NCBI GenBank assembly: GCA_031416075.1
Contig: JANOSY010000065.1
Location: 1-14,682, forward strand
DNA from: Candidatus Tenderia sp.
GTDB taxonomy: Bacteria; Pseudomonadota; Gammaproteobacteria; Tenderiales; Tenderiaceae
Length of the DNA stretch: 14,682 nt
Reading direction: 5' to 3'
Positions within the stretch are counted from its first letter, which is position 1. Each line of letters starts with the position of its first letter. Below the pieces are notes generated by a model. It was not told the origin of the DNA. It made no database searches and saw only the letters and a list, made by a program, of their open reading frames with translations. The position numbers were made by a program, and so were the translations under genes. This document shows, in pieces, positions 7,442 to 14,682 of this stretch.

Positions 7442-9190
7442 CTAGATGTTGTCATGTTCAATCTCTTGCTCAATCTGTTGATACCTGAACATCTGTGCAT
7501 ACCAGCCATCGTGCTCCAGCAGCTGGGTATGGCGGCCACGCTCCTGAATGGTGCCGTGGTGCAGCACGATGATCTCGTCGGCATCGGTGACGGCGGAGAG
7601 GCGGTGACAGATGATGATGTTGCTGCGGCCTTGGCGTGCCGCTTTCAGGTGGTTGAGGATGGTCCGTTCGGTGCCCATGTCGACGGCAGAGAGCGCGTCA
7701 TCCAGCATCAGTACTGGCGGATCGAGCAGCAGGGCGCGGGCGATGGCGATGCGCTGCTTTTGGCCGCCAGAGAGGGTGATACCCCGTTCACCTACTAATG
7801 TATTGTATTGCTGTGGGAAGGCGAGGATGTCGCTGTCAATGCAGGCGAGGGCGGCGGCGGCACGGATTTCGTCAAGGGTGGCCTCGGGACGACCCAGGGC
7901 GATGTTCTCTGCGAGGGTGACGGAGAAGAGAAAGGGGTCTTGTGGCACCACACCAAACTGGTTGCGTAGCAGTGGCAGTGGATAGTGGTGCAGTGGCTGA
8001 CCGTCGATGCTGATCTGTGCCGCATCATCCTCATACTGGCGTAGCAGTAGATTGATGAGGGTGCTTTTACCGCTGCCGGTGTGGCCGACGATGCCAAAGG
8101 TGGCACCGGGCGGAATGGTGCAGTGGATCTGCTGCAGGGCGTGGTGTTCGCTGCCGGGATAACGGAACTGTGCGATCGCCATGTCGATCCGGGTGGTGGC
8201 GGGGGCAGACAGGGTGCCGTGGTCGCCAATCTCGGGGGCGGTATTAAACAGCTCATCAATGCGGGTATGGGCGGCGCTGCCACGCTCCAGCAGGTTAAGG
8301 GTCCAGCCGTAGGCAAACATCGGCCAGATGAGATAGCCCAGATACATGGTGAAGGTGGTGAGTTCGCCAACGGTGAGTTCGTCCTGATGGATCCACCAGG
8401 CACCACCACCCACGGTGAGCATAAATGAGGTACCGACGGTGACAAAGATGGTGGGGTCATATTTGGCCTCAACCTTGGCGACCTCCAGATTGGCGCGGCT
8501 CACCTCGGAGGTGACCGCGCTGTAGCTCGCCAGTGTCTGTGGCTGTTGGCCAAAGGCCTTGATGAGACGGATGCCAGAGATGCTCTCCTGGGTTTTGTCG
8601 TTAAGCAGGCTGAACTGGCGCTGCGCTTCGGTAAAGGTGTCGTGCATCTGGTTGCCAAAGTGCCACATAAAATAACCCATGATGGGCCAGGGCAGCAGTG
8701 CCAGCAGGGTGAGCTTCCAGCTCATCATCACCGCCATCACCAGCAGCACAACCAGGCCGGTAATCACCCCGTCTACCAGCGCCAGTATCGCCTCACCGGC
8801 AGTCATTTCCACCGCCGTGACATCGTTGGTGGCGCGCGCCATCAGGTCACCGGTATTATGGTGCTGGAAAAAGGCCGGGGCCATGAGTGTCAGGTGGTCA
8901 TAGATACGGCTGCGGAGCAGTGCCGCCAACCGGTATGATGCACCGTAGAGCTGTCGCCGCCAGAGGATGCGTAACAGGTAGACCAGCACCCCTACACCCA
9001 GGAGTAGCGCGATGTCGAGTAGCAGGTCGTTGAGGGTAAGACGCTGTTGTGCCACGGCATCCACTATCCGTCCGGTGACCCAGGGCGGCACCATGATCAG
9101 CCCGGCGATGGCCAGCAGTGCAGCAAAAGAGATGCCGTAACTGCGCCACTCTAAACGAAAAAACCAGCGGAGTTTGAGGAGGATACGCAT
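7442..9190 (-). CDS. mdlA: MdlA-like ABC exporter (TMD + NBD)
   Basis: ATG 9190 (MRILLKLRWFFRLEWRSY, resembling the MdlA N-terminus), 582 aa. GDLMARATND, GHTGSGKST, LSGGQKQR, LDDALSAVD motifs. Confidence 0.9.
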   Translation of the reverse strand: MRILLKLRWFFRLEWRSYGISFAALLAIAGLIMVPPWVTGRIVDAVAQQRLTLNDLLLDIALLLGVGVLVYLLRILWRRQLYGASYRLAALLRSRIYDHLTLMAPAFFQHHNTGDLMARATNDVTAVEMTAGEAILALVDGVITGLVVLLVMAVMMSWKLTLLALLPWPIMGYFMWHFGNQMHDTFTEAQRQFSLLNDKTQESISGIRLIKAFGQQPQTLASYSAVTSEVSRANLEVAKVEAKYDPTIFVTVGTSFMLTVGGGAWWIHQDELTVGELTTFTMYLGYLIWPMFAYGWTLNLLERGSAAHTRIDELFNTAPEIGDHGTLSAPATTRIDMAIAQFRYPGSEHHALQQIHCTIPPGATFGIVGHTGSGKSTLINLLLRQYEDDAAQISIDGQPLHHYPLPLLRNQFGVVPQDPFLFSVTLAENIALGRPEATLDEIRAAAALACIDSDILAFPQQYNTLVGERGITLSGGQKQRIAIARALLLDPPVLMLDDALSAVDMGTERTILNHLKAARQGRSNIIICHRLSAVTDADEIIVLHHGTIQERGRHTQLLEHDGWYAQMFRYQQIEQEIEHDNI

Positions 9191-9413
9191 AGAAGTGGTG
9201 AGCCAGATTGTGTGTACTGTGGGGCCATTGTACAAAATAATGCCCCTTTTTTGTGACGGGTTGACTGTTCAGAAGCCTCTGGCTCAAGTAGTGTGCACGG
9301 TTATGGCTGTGAGTGGGTCTCATCGCCCACGGTTTTGCGATGGTGTTATAAATTGACATTGGCAAAGTGGTTGAAGCAAAACCAGAAATCAAAGAGAGTC
9401 TGCTGTTCTCAAT

Positions 9414-10502
9414 ATGAATATTGTTGCCCCCCATTCATCTTCTCGCAGTGGTTGGATTTTAGCCGGAACATTGTTGATATCACTGCTGCTGCATGTATGG
9501 CTGCTGTTTATGCCGCAGATCCATCTGGCACTGTTTCCTGACGCCAAACCGGTAGAGACGGCGACAGACCTGGTCTCCATGCTTAAGGTGCGGATTGCCG
9601 CGCCTGCGCCTGAGGTGCCTGTGCCGCCACCGGTAGCCCCTAAACCCAAACCAGCGCCGGTTAGCAATGTGGCTGGCCCGTCACTGGTTGCGCCCGATGC
9701 CCCACCACCCCGTGTGCCAGAGGTAAAAGAGGAGGAGGTTGCTGTTGAGGATGTTGTGCCTGCAGCAGAGCCAGAACCGGCTGTGGACGAACCTCTGCCC
9801 AATCCAGCACCGGTGGTACCTGCAGTGGTGCCGGAACCGGTAGCCGCTGAGTCCTATCCGCCGCTCAAGCTGACCGTTAACTATTCGCTTTTTAAGGGTA
9901 AAAACGGGATCAAGATCGGCAAGATTGTCCACACTTGGGATATCAAAAATGGTCAATATGTGATTGCCAGTGTGGTGGAGTCGGCGGGTCTGGCCCGTTT
10001 TCTCACCAGTGAGATGATTATCCAGACCAGCCAAGGGCGGATCACCGCCAACGGCCTGGAGCCGGAGAGTTACTGGGAGCAGCGTGGCCAGAAGGCTGAC
10101 AGAACTTACTACGCCACCTTTGACTACACCAATAAAACATTGACCTATGGCCGTGTTACGGAGGCGACAACGGTGCCGCTGCCACCGGGCACCCAGGATC
10201 AGCTCTCCTTTATATATCAGTTTGGGCTGAAGGCACCGTTTAGCGGTACGCTACAGTTTTCTATGGCCACAGGCCGGAAGCTGGGTGTTTATAACACAGA
10301 GGTGGTGGGGGAGGTGTCGGTTAAGACCGGGTTGGGTGAGTTGCGCACCCTGCATCTGAGAAAAGTACGCAAACAGTCCAGTGACGATGATGTAGAGGTC
10401 TGGCTGGCGATTGATCACCAATATCTGCCAGCCAAGGTGCGGATCACCAACAGTGATGGCGATGTGCTGGAGCAAGTGGTGGAGGGGATCAGGAAGGAGT
10501 AG
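9414..10502 (+). CDS. DUF3108-like periplasmic protein with N-terminal membrane anchor and Pro-rich linker
   Basis: TM segment LLISLLLHVWLLF, PEP/PKP-rich linker, C-terminal domain with QDQLSFIYQ, GELRTLHL and EVWLAIDHQYLPAKVR motifs. Confidence 0.72.
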   Translation: MNIVAPHSSSRSGWILAGTLLISLLLHVWLLFMPQIHLALFPDAKPVETATDLVSMLKVRIAAPAPEVPVPPPVAPKPKPAPVSNVAGPSLVAPDAPPPRVPEVKEEEVAVEDVVPAAEPEPAVDEPLPNPAPVVPAVVPEPVAAESYPPLKLTVNYSLFKGKNGIKIGKIVHTWDIKNGQYVIASVVESAGLARFLTSEMIIQTSQGRITANGLEPESYWEQRGQKADRTYYATFDYTNKTLTYGRVTEATTVPLPPGTQDQLSFIYQFGLKAPFSGTLQFSMATGRKLGVYNTEVVGEVSVKTGLGELRTLHLRKVRKQSSDDDVEVWLAIDHQYLPAKVRITNSDGDVLEQVVEGIRKE

Positions 10503-10522
10503 GGAGGACAGTTCTGCCCTCC
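10503..10522. terminator. Short GC-rich hairpin between the convergent DUF3108 and metF genes
   Basis: GGAGGACAG-TT-CTGCCCTCC imperfect stem; no clear U tract. Confidence 0.3.
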
Positions 10523-10535
10523 GCTACTGTAGGAC

Positions 10536-11381
10536 TTAAAGCCCGAGGTTTTTCCACAGCGCCGTGGTCGGCCCGGTTTGGTTCATGGTGTAAAAGTGGA
10601 GTCCTGGTGCGCCGTTGTCGAGCAGCTTGCGCCCCAGTTCCGTGACCACCTCTTCACCAAAGGCGACAATGCTCTCCTTGTCATCCCCATAGGCCTCTAA
10701 CCGTTTACGCATCCAGCGTGGAATCTCGGCACCACACATGTCGGAGAAACGGGCCAGCTGGCTGTAGTTGGTGATGGGCATGATGCCGGGAATGATCGGC
10801 AGATCAACGCCGACCCTTTCGCAATCATCCACAAAGCGAAAATATGCGTCGCTGTTGTAGAAGTACTGGGTGATGGCGGCGTTGGCACCGGCCTTCACCT
10901 TGCGGGCGAAGTTTTCCAGATCCTTGCGGGCGTTGGGCGCTTGCGGATGGATCTCAGGGTAGGCGGCAACCTCGATATGGAAGTGGTCTCCGGTTTCGCT
11001 GCGGATAAACTCCACCAGCTCGTTGGCGTAACGCAGCTCACCCATGTCGCGCATGCCGGAGGGCATGTCACCACGCAGGGCAACGATACGCTTCACGCCG
11101 ATATTGATATAGCCCTGTAACAATTTACGGATGTTCTCTTTGGTAGAGCCGACACAGGAGAGGTGCGGCGCGGCACTGTAACCCTGTTCCTGGATCTCTT
11201 TGACGGTGTCGTACGTACCCTCCTGAGTACTGCCACCGGCACCAAAGGTGACGGAGAAGTAGGCCGGATTGAGTCGGGCCAGCTTTGTCAGTGTGGCGCG
11301 CAGGTTCTCGGCACCCTTGTCGGTCTTGGGTGGAAAGAACTCGCAGCTGTAGGATTTGGTGTATTTTTTTTGCGTGTTCAT
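10536..11381 (-). CDS. metF: 5,10-methylenetetrahydrofolate reductase
   Basis: SCEFFPPKT, FSVTFGAGGST, APHLSC, ALRGD, VAAYPE.HP, ITQYFY, LHFYTMN motifs. Context downstream of ahcY. Confidence 0.96.
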   Translation of the reverse strand: MNTQKKYTKSYSCEFFPPKTDKGAENLRATLTKLARLNPAYFSVTFGAGGSTQEGTYDTVKEIQEQGYSAAPHLSCVGSTKENIRKLLQGYINIGVKRIVALRGDMPSGMRDMGELRYANELVEFIRSETGDHFHIEVAAYPEIHPQAPNARKDLENFARKVKAGANAAITQYFYNSDAYFRFVDDCERVGVDLPIIPGIMPITNYSQLARFSDMCGAEIPRWMRKRLEAYGDDKESIVAFGEEVVTELGRKLLDNGAPGLHFYTMNQTGPTTALWKNLGL

Positions 11382-11405
11382 GCTTGGATGACCCTCGGAT
11401 CAAAT

Positions 11406-11536
11406 GTAGGGTGGGTTAAGCGTTTTTTGCTTAACCCACCGAGCGTTGCGCAGCAACACAAAACTTTTTTTCAATGTGTGCCTGTCGGCAGGGCTTGGTG
11501 GGTTACGGCGCAAACAGCGCGCCTAACCCACCCTAC
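11406..11536. repeat. GTAG-type REP doublet (REPIN-like) between ahcY and metF
   Basis: GTAGGGTGGGTTAAGCG...GCTTAACCCACC and GGTGGGTTACGGCGC...GCGCCTAACCCACCCTAC, inverted. Confidence 0.9.
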
Positions 11537-11555
11537 ATTGATTGGTTTGTGCCAG

Positions 11556-12974
11556 TTAATAGCGGTAGTGGTTTGCCTTATATGGCCCTTCCACAGGCAC
11601 GCCGATGTAGTCAGCCTGCGCTTTGGTGAGCTTGGTCAGCTTGACGCCGATCTTCTCCAGATGCAGACGGGCCACCTCTTCATCCAGATGTTTTGGCAGG
11701 ATGTAGACGTTGTTTTCGTACTGCTCCGGTCTGACAAAAAACTCGATCTGCGCCAATACCTGGTTGCTGAACGAGTTGGACATGACAAAGCTTGGATGAC
11801 CTGTGCCACAACCTAGATTCACCAGACGCCCTTCGGCCAGCATGATGATGCGGTTGCCACTGGGCAGAATGATGTGATCAACCTGTGGTTTGATGTTTTC
11901 CCATTCGTATTTACGCATGCCGATAATGTCGATCTCGTTATCGAAGTGGCCGATATTGCAGACGATCGCCTGATTCTTCATCTGGATCATGTGGTCGTGG
12001 GTGATGATATCTTTGTTGCCGGTGGTGGTAACAAAGATGTCGCCAAGCGCGGCAACGTCATCCATGGTCACCACACGGAAACCTTCCATCGCTGCCTGCA
12101 GGGCGCAGATAGGATCGATCTCGGTAATCATGACGGTGGCACCCAGCCCTTTCAGTGATTGGGCGGACCCTTTACCGACGTCGCCATAACCGCAGACAAC
12201 TGCAACTTTACCGGCGATCATGACGTCGGTGGCGCGTTTGATGCCATCCACCAGTGATTCACGGCAGCCGTAGAGGTTGTCGAATTTGGATTTGGTGACG
12301 GAGTCGTTGACGTTCATGGCCGGGAACAGCAGTTCGCCCGCTTTCACCATTTCATACAGACGGTGAACGCCGGTAGTGGTCTCTTCGGTCACGCCCTGGA
12401 TGTTGGCGGCCTGTTTGGTCCAGAATTGTGAATCCTCTTTCATCACGCGCGCCAAAACGCCAAGGATGCATTTGAACTCTTCGTTGTCGGTGGTTTCCGG
12501 GCCGGGTACGACACCGGTTTTTTCAAACTCAACACCCTTGTGAACCAGCAGGGTGGCGTCGCCGCCATCGTCCAGAATCATGTTGGCGGTCTGGTTGTTG
12601 GGCCATTTGAAGGCCTGTTCAGTACACCACCAGTACTCTTCCAGGGTTTCACCCTTCCAGGCAAAAACAGGAATGCCGGCAGCCGCGATGGCAGCAGCGG
12701 CGTGGTCCTGGGTAGAGAAGATGTTGCAGGAGACCCAGCGTACTTCGGCGCCCAGTGCAGTCAGGGTTTCGATCAGCACAGCGGTCTGGATGGTCATGTG
12801 CAGGCTGCCCATGATGCGGGCGCCCTTGAGCGGTTTGTCCTTGCCGTACTTTTCGCGCAGCGCCATCAGCCCTGGCATTTCAGTCTCGGCAATATTCATC
12901 TCCTTGCGGCCCCATGAGGCGAGGGAGATGTCGGCAACCTTATAGTCGGTAAATCCGTCAGTAACAGCGTTCAT
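11556..12974 (-). CDS. ahcY: S-adenosyl-L-homocysteine hydrolase (long form)
   Basis: ATG 12974 with [62 protein letters not shown] and C-terminal YRY motifs. Confidence 0.98.
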   Translation of the reverse strand: MNAVTDGFTDYKVADISLASWGRKEMNIAETEMPGLMALREKYGKDKPLKGARIMGSLHMTIQTAVLIETLTALGAEVRWVSCNIFSTQDHAAAAIAAAGIPVFAWKGETLEEYWWCTEQAFKWPNNQTANMILDDGGDATLLVHKGVEFEKTGVVPGPETTDNEEFKCILGVLARVMKEDSQFWTKQAANIQGVTEETTTGVHRLYEMVKAGELLFPAMNVNDSVTKSKFDNLYGCRESLVDGIKRATDVMIAGKVAVVCGYGDVGKGSAQSLKGLGATVMITEIDPICALQAAMEGFRVVTMDDVAALGDIFVTTTGNKDIITHDHMIQMKNQAIVCNIGHFDNEIDIIGMRKYEWENIKPQVDHIILPSGNRIIMLAEGRLVNLGCGTGHPSFVMSNSFSNQVLAQIEFFVRPEQYENNVYILPKHLDEEVARLHLEKIGVKLTKLTKAQADYIGVPVEGPYKANHYRY

Positions 12975-13007
12975 TGTCAATCCTCCAAATAGTAACAGTA
13001 GAGTATT

Positions 13008-13094
13008 GAGCGCCGTTGATCATCAGATGACCCGTACTTCGAGCCTGGCAGCGCCTCTGTTGTGGCTCTGTCGCAGCGCCCCTCGAAGTGCGGG
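13008..13094 (-). ncRNA. SAH riboswitch
   Basis: Minus strand reads CCCGCACTTCGAGGGGCGCTGCGAC...GCCAGGCTCGAAGTACGGG...CAACGGCGCTC, matching the SAH aptamer consensus (GAGGRGCGCTGC, CCAGGCTC, AACGGCGCTC pseudoknot). Lies directly upstream of the ahcY RBS. Confidence 0.93.
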
Positions 13095-13146
13095 GAGTGC
13101 CCCATCTGCAGGGCTTTAAATTTAGTAAATAGCGTAACGCATGTTG

Positions 13147-14307
13147 TTAGATGCCGGCGGCGGCGCGCAGGGCGTCCGCTTTGTCGGTCTTTTCCCAGGT
13201 GAACTGTGACTCTTCACGGCCAAAATGGCCATATGCTGCCGTTGCCTTGTAGATCGGACGCAGCAGGTCGAGCATGGCGACCAGGCCTTTAGGACGAAGG
13301 TCGAAATGTTCGCGCACCAATTCGGTGATGCGGGCGTCGTCGATCTTGCCGGTACCGAAGGTCTCCACCGAGATGGAGGTGGGTTCGGCTACGCCAATGG
13401 CATAGGAGACCTGAATCTCGCAGCGGTCAGCCAAGCCAGCAGCCACAATGTTCTTGGCGACATAACGGCCGGCATAGGCGGCAGAGCGGTCAACCTTTGA
13501 GGGATCCTTGCCGGAGAAGGCGCCGCCACCGTGACGCGCCATACCGCCGTAGGTATCCACAATGATCTTGCGCCCGGTCAGACCGCAGTCCCCCACCGGG
13601 CCACCGATTACAAAGCGGCCGGTCGGGTTGATAAAGTAGCGGGTCTTGCTGGAGAGTAGCTCGGCGGGCAGCACGTGTTTGATGATCTCGTCCATCACCG
13701 CCTCTTGCAGCGCCTTCTGTGAGATATCAGGGCTGTGCTGGGTGGAGAGCACCACAGCATCAATGGCGACAGGTTTGCCATCTTCATAAACAAAAGTCAC
13801 CTGACTCTTGGCATCGGGACGCAGCCACGACAGGGTGCCGTTTTTACGTATTTCAGCCTGGCGCTGCACCAGCCGGTGGGCGTAGGTGATCGGGGCGGGC
13901 ATTAGCACATCGGTCTCGTTGGTGGCGTAACCAAACATTAGCCCCTGGTCGCCAGCACCCTGTTCGTGGTCGGCGTTCTCATCAACCCCCATGGCGATAT
14001 CGGGTGACTGTTTGCCGATGGCGTTGAGCACGGCGCAGGACTCCCAGTCAAAGCCCATGTCAGAGCTGTTGTAGCCGATCTCTTTGACGGTTTCACGCAC
14101 CAGCGCCTCAATATCGACCCAGGCGGAGGTGGTCACCTCTCCGGCAACGATCACCATGCCGGTCTTGACCAGTGTTTCGCAGGCGACGCGGGCCGTTTTA
14201 TCCTGTTCCAGAATGGCGTCCAGAATGGCATCAGAGATCTGGTCGGCAACTTTGTCCGGATGTCCTTCGGAGACCGACTCAGAGGTGAAAAGGTGACGGT
14301 TTGACAT
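13147..14307 (-). CDS. metK: S-adenosylmethionine synthetase
   Basis: ATG 14307 ([19 protein letters not shown]), 386 aa. [15 protein letters not shown] and AYGHFGR motifs. Confidence 0.98.
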   Translation of the reverse strand: MSNRHLFTSESVSEGHPDKVADQISDAILDAILEQDKTARVACETLVKTGMVIVAGEVTTSAWVDIEALVRETVKEIGYNSSDMGFDWESCAVLNAIGKQSPDIAMGVDENADHEQGAGDQGLMFGYATNETDVLMPAPITYAHRLVQRQAEIRKNGTLSWLRPDAKSQVTFVYEDGKPVAIDAVVLSTQHSPDISQKALQEAVMDEIIKHVLPAELLSSKTRYFINPTGRFVIGGPVGDCGLTGRKIIVDTYGGMARHGGGAFSGKDPSKVDRSAAYAGRYVAKNIVAAGLADRCEIQVSYAIGVAEPTSISVETFGTGKIDDARITELVREHFDLRPKGLVAMLDLLRPIYKATAAYGHFGREESQFTWEKTDKADALRAAAGI

Positions 14308-14476
14308 TATGTGATGTACCCCATGAATAGCAGTTAGGTTGATTTTTATCCGGAAATTATAGACCGCATATAGTATAGCTATTGGCTGTTTTGGTAAAAC
14401 GATTCTGTCATATCCACTGGGGGCAGCGAGATTTGTGCTGCACAGTATAAAACTGCTAGTGACCGAGGGGGGGTGG

Positions 14477-14682
14477 CAGGGCAATCGCGCTACATAGCCC
14501 CTGAGCCAAATAAGGCCCGAAAGCGATAGTCATCGTTGAGTAGGGCCACCAATTTACGGCGGCGCAGGCTGCGCTTGCTGTCTTCGGCCTGGCGTAGCAA
14601 ATTAAGGGCAGTGCGTCGAATCAACGCCAGGTTTTCCGGCGAATGGTCTTTGCGACTGCGATTGGCATCTTCGCCAAATTGC
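14477..14682 (-). mobile_element. Right end of an ISAs1-family insertion sequence (runs off the window)
   Basis: Terminal CAGGGCAATCGCG at 14477 (ISAs1 ends begin CAGGG) immediately follows the transposase stop. Confidence 0.8.
14490..14681 (-). CDS. ISAs1-family transposase, C-terminal part (partial, absent from the ORF track)
   Basis: My translation: [63 protein letters not shown]. The F.ED..R.R....EN.A..R..ALNLL motif is typical of ISAs1. Confidence 0.85.
   Translation of the reverse strand, partial: QFGEDANRSRKDHSPENLALIRRTALNLLRQAEDSKRSLRRRKLVALLNDDYRFRALFGSGAM

Noticed and set aside
1680-7505. Diversity-generating retroelement TR/VR pairs
   Set aside because: Mismatches are not adenine-specific in either copy on either strand, are mostly synonymous, and no reverse transcriptase is present in the window.
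1524-11536. CRISPR array or integron attC cassettes
   Set aside because: Repeats are not regularly spaced, there are no cas or intI genes, and no convincing RYYYAAC...GTTRRRY ends were found.
5906-14296. Numerous alternative-frame and antisense ORFs within mdlAB, DUF3108, metF, ahcY and metK
   Set aside because: They fully overlap well-supported genes, lack motifs, and are expected from GC-rich codon bias.
14308-14476. MetJ/SahR boxes or SAM riboswitch upstream of metK
   Set aside because: No recognisable tandem AGACGTCT boxes, clear palindrome or aptamer consensus by eye.
14308-14484. N-terminal extension of MetK (also the longer starts given for mdlA, mdlB, ahcY and the antitoxin)
   Set aside because: Family N-termini, SD positions or gene overlap support the downstream ATGs at 14307, 9190, 7310, 12974 and 5150.

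Overview
Proteobacterial (probably gamma) chromosomal segment. The right half is housekeeping: an ISAs1-family IS end, metK, a clear SAH riboswitch, ahcY, metF, a DUF3108-like gene, and an mdlA-mdlB ABC exporter pair. The left half is accessory and defence-like: an AAA/STAND-like ATPase with a palindromic upstream region, a KAP-family P-loop NTPase, a RelE/ParE toxin-antitoxin pair and a YD-repeat relic. The most striking observation is that both ABC genes have a duplicated 3' end. mdlB has copies at 5562-5628 and 1680-1746 (61/67 identical) bracketing a 3.9 kb KAP/TA cargo. mdlA has copies at 7461-7505 and 7313-7357 (38/45 identical) bracketing a REP doublet. The differences are mostly synonymous, both duplications begin at the same conserved G-x-Y motif of the two paralogues, and no integrase is present in the window. 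This suggests a gene-end-replacement cassette insertion process, possibly linked to the GTAG-type REP/REPIN elements scattered through the region. All calls are by eye, with no database searches.
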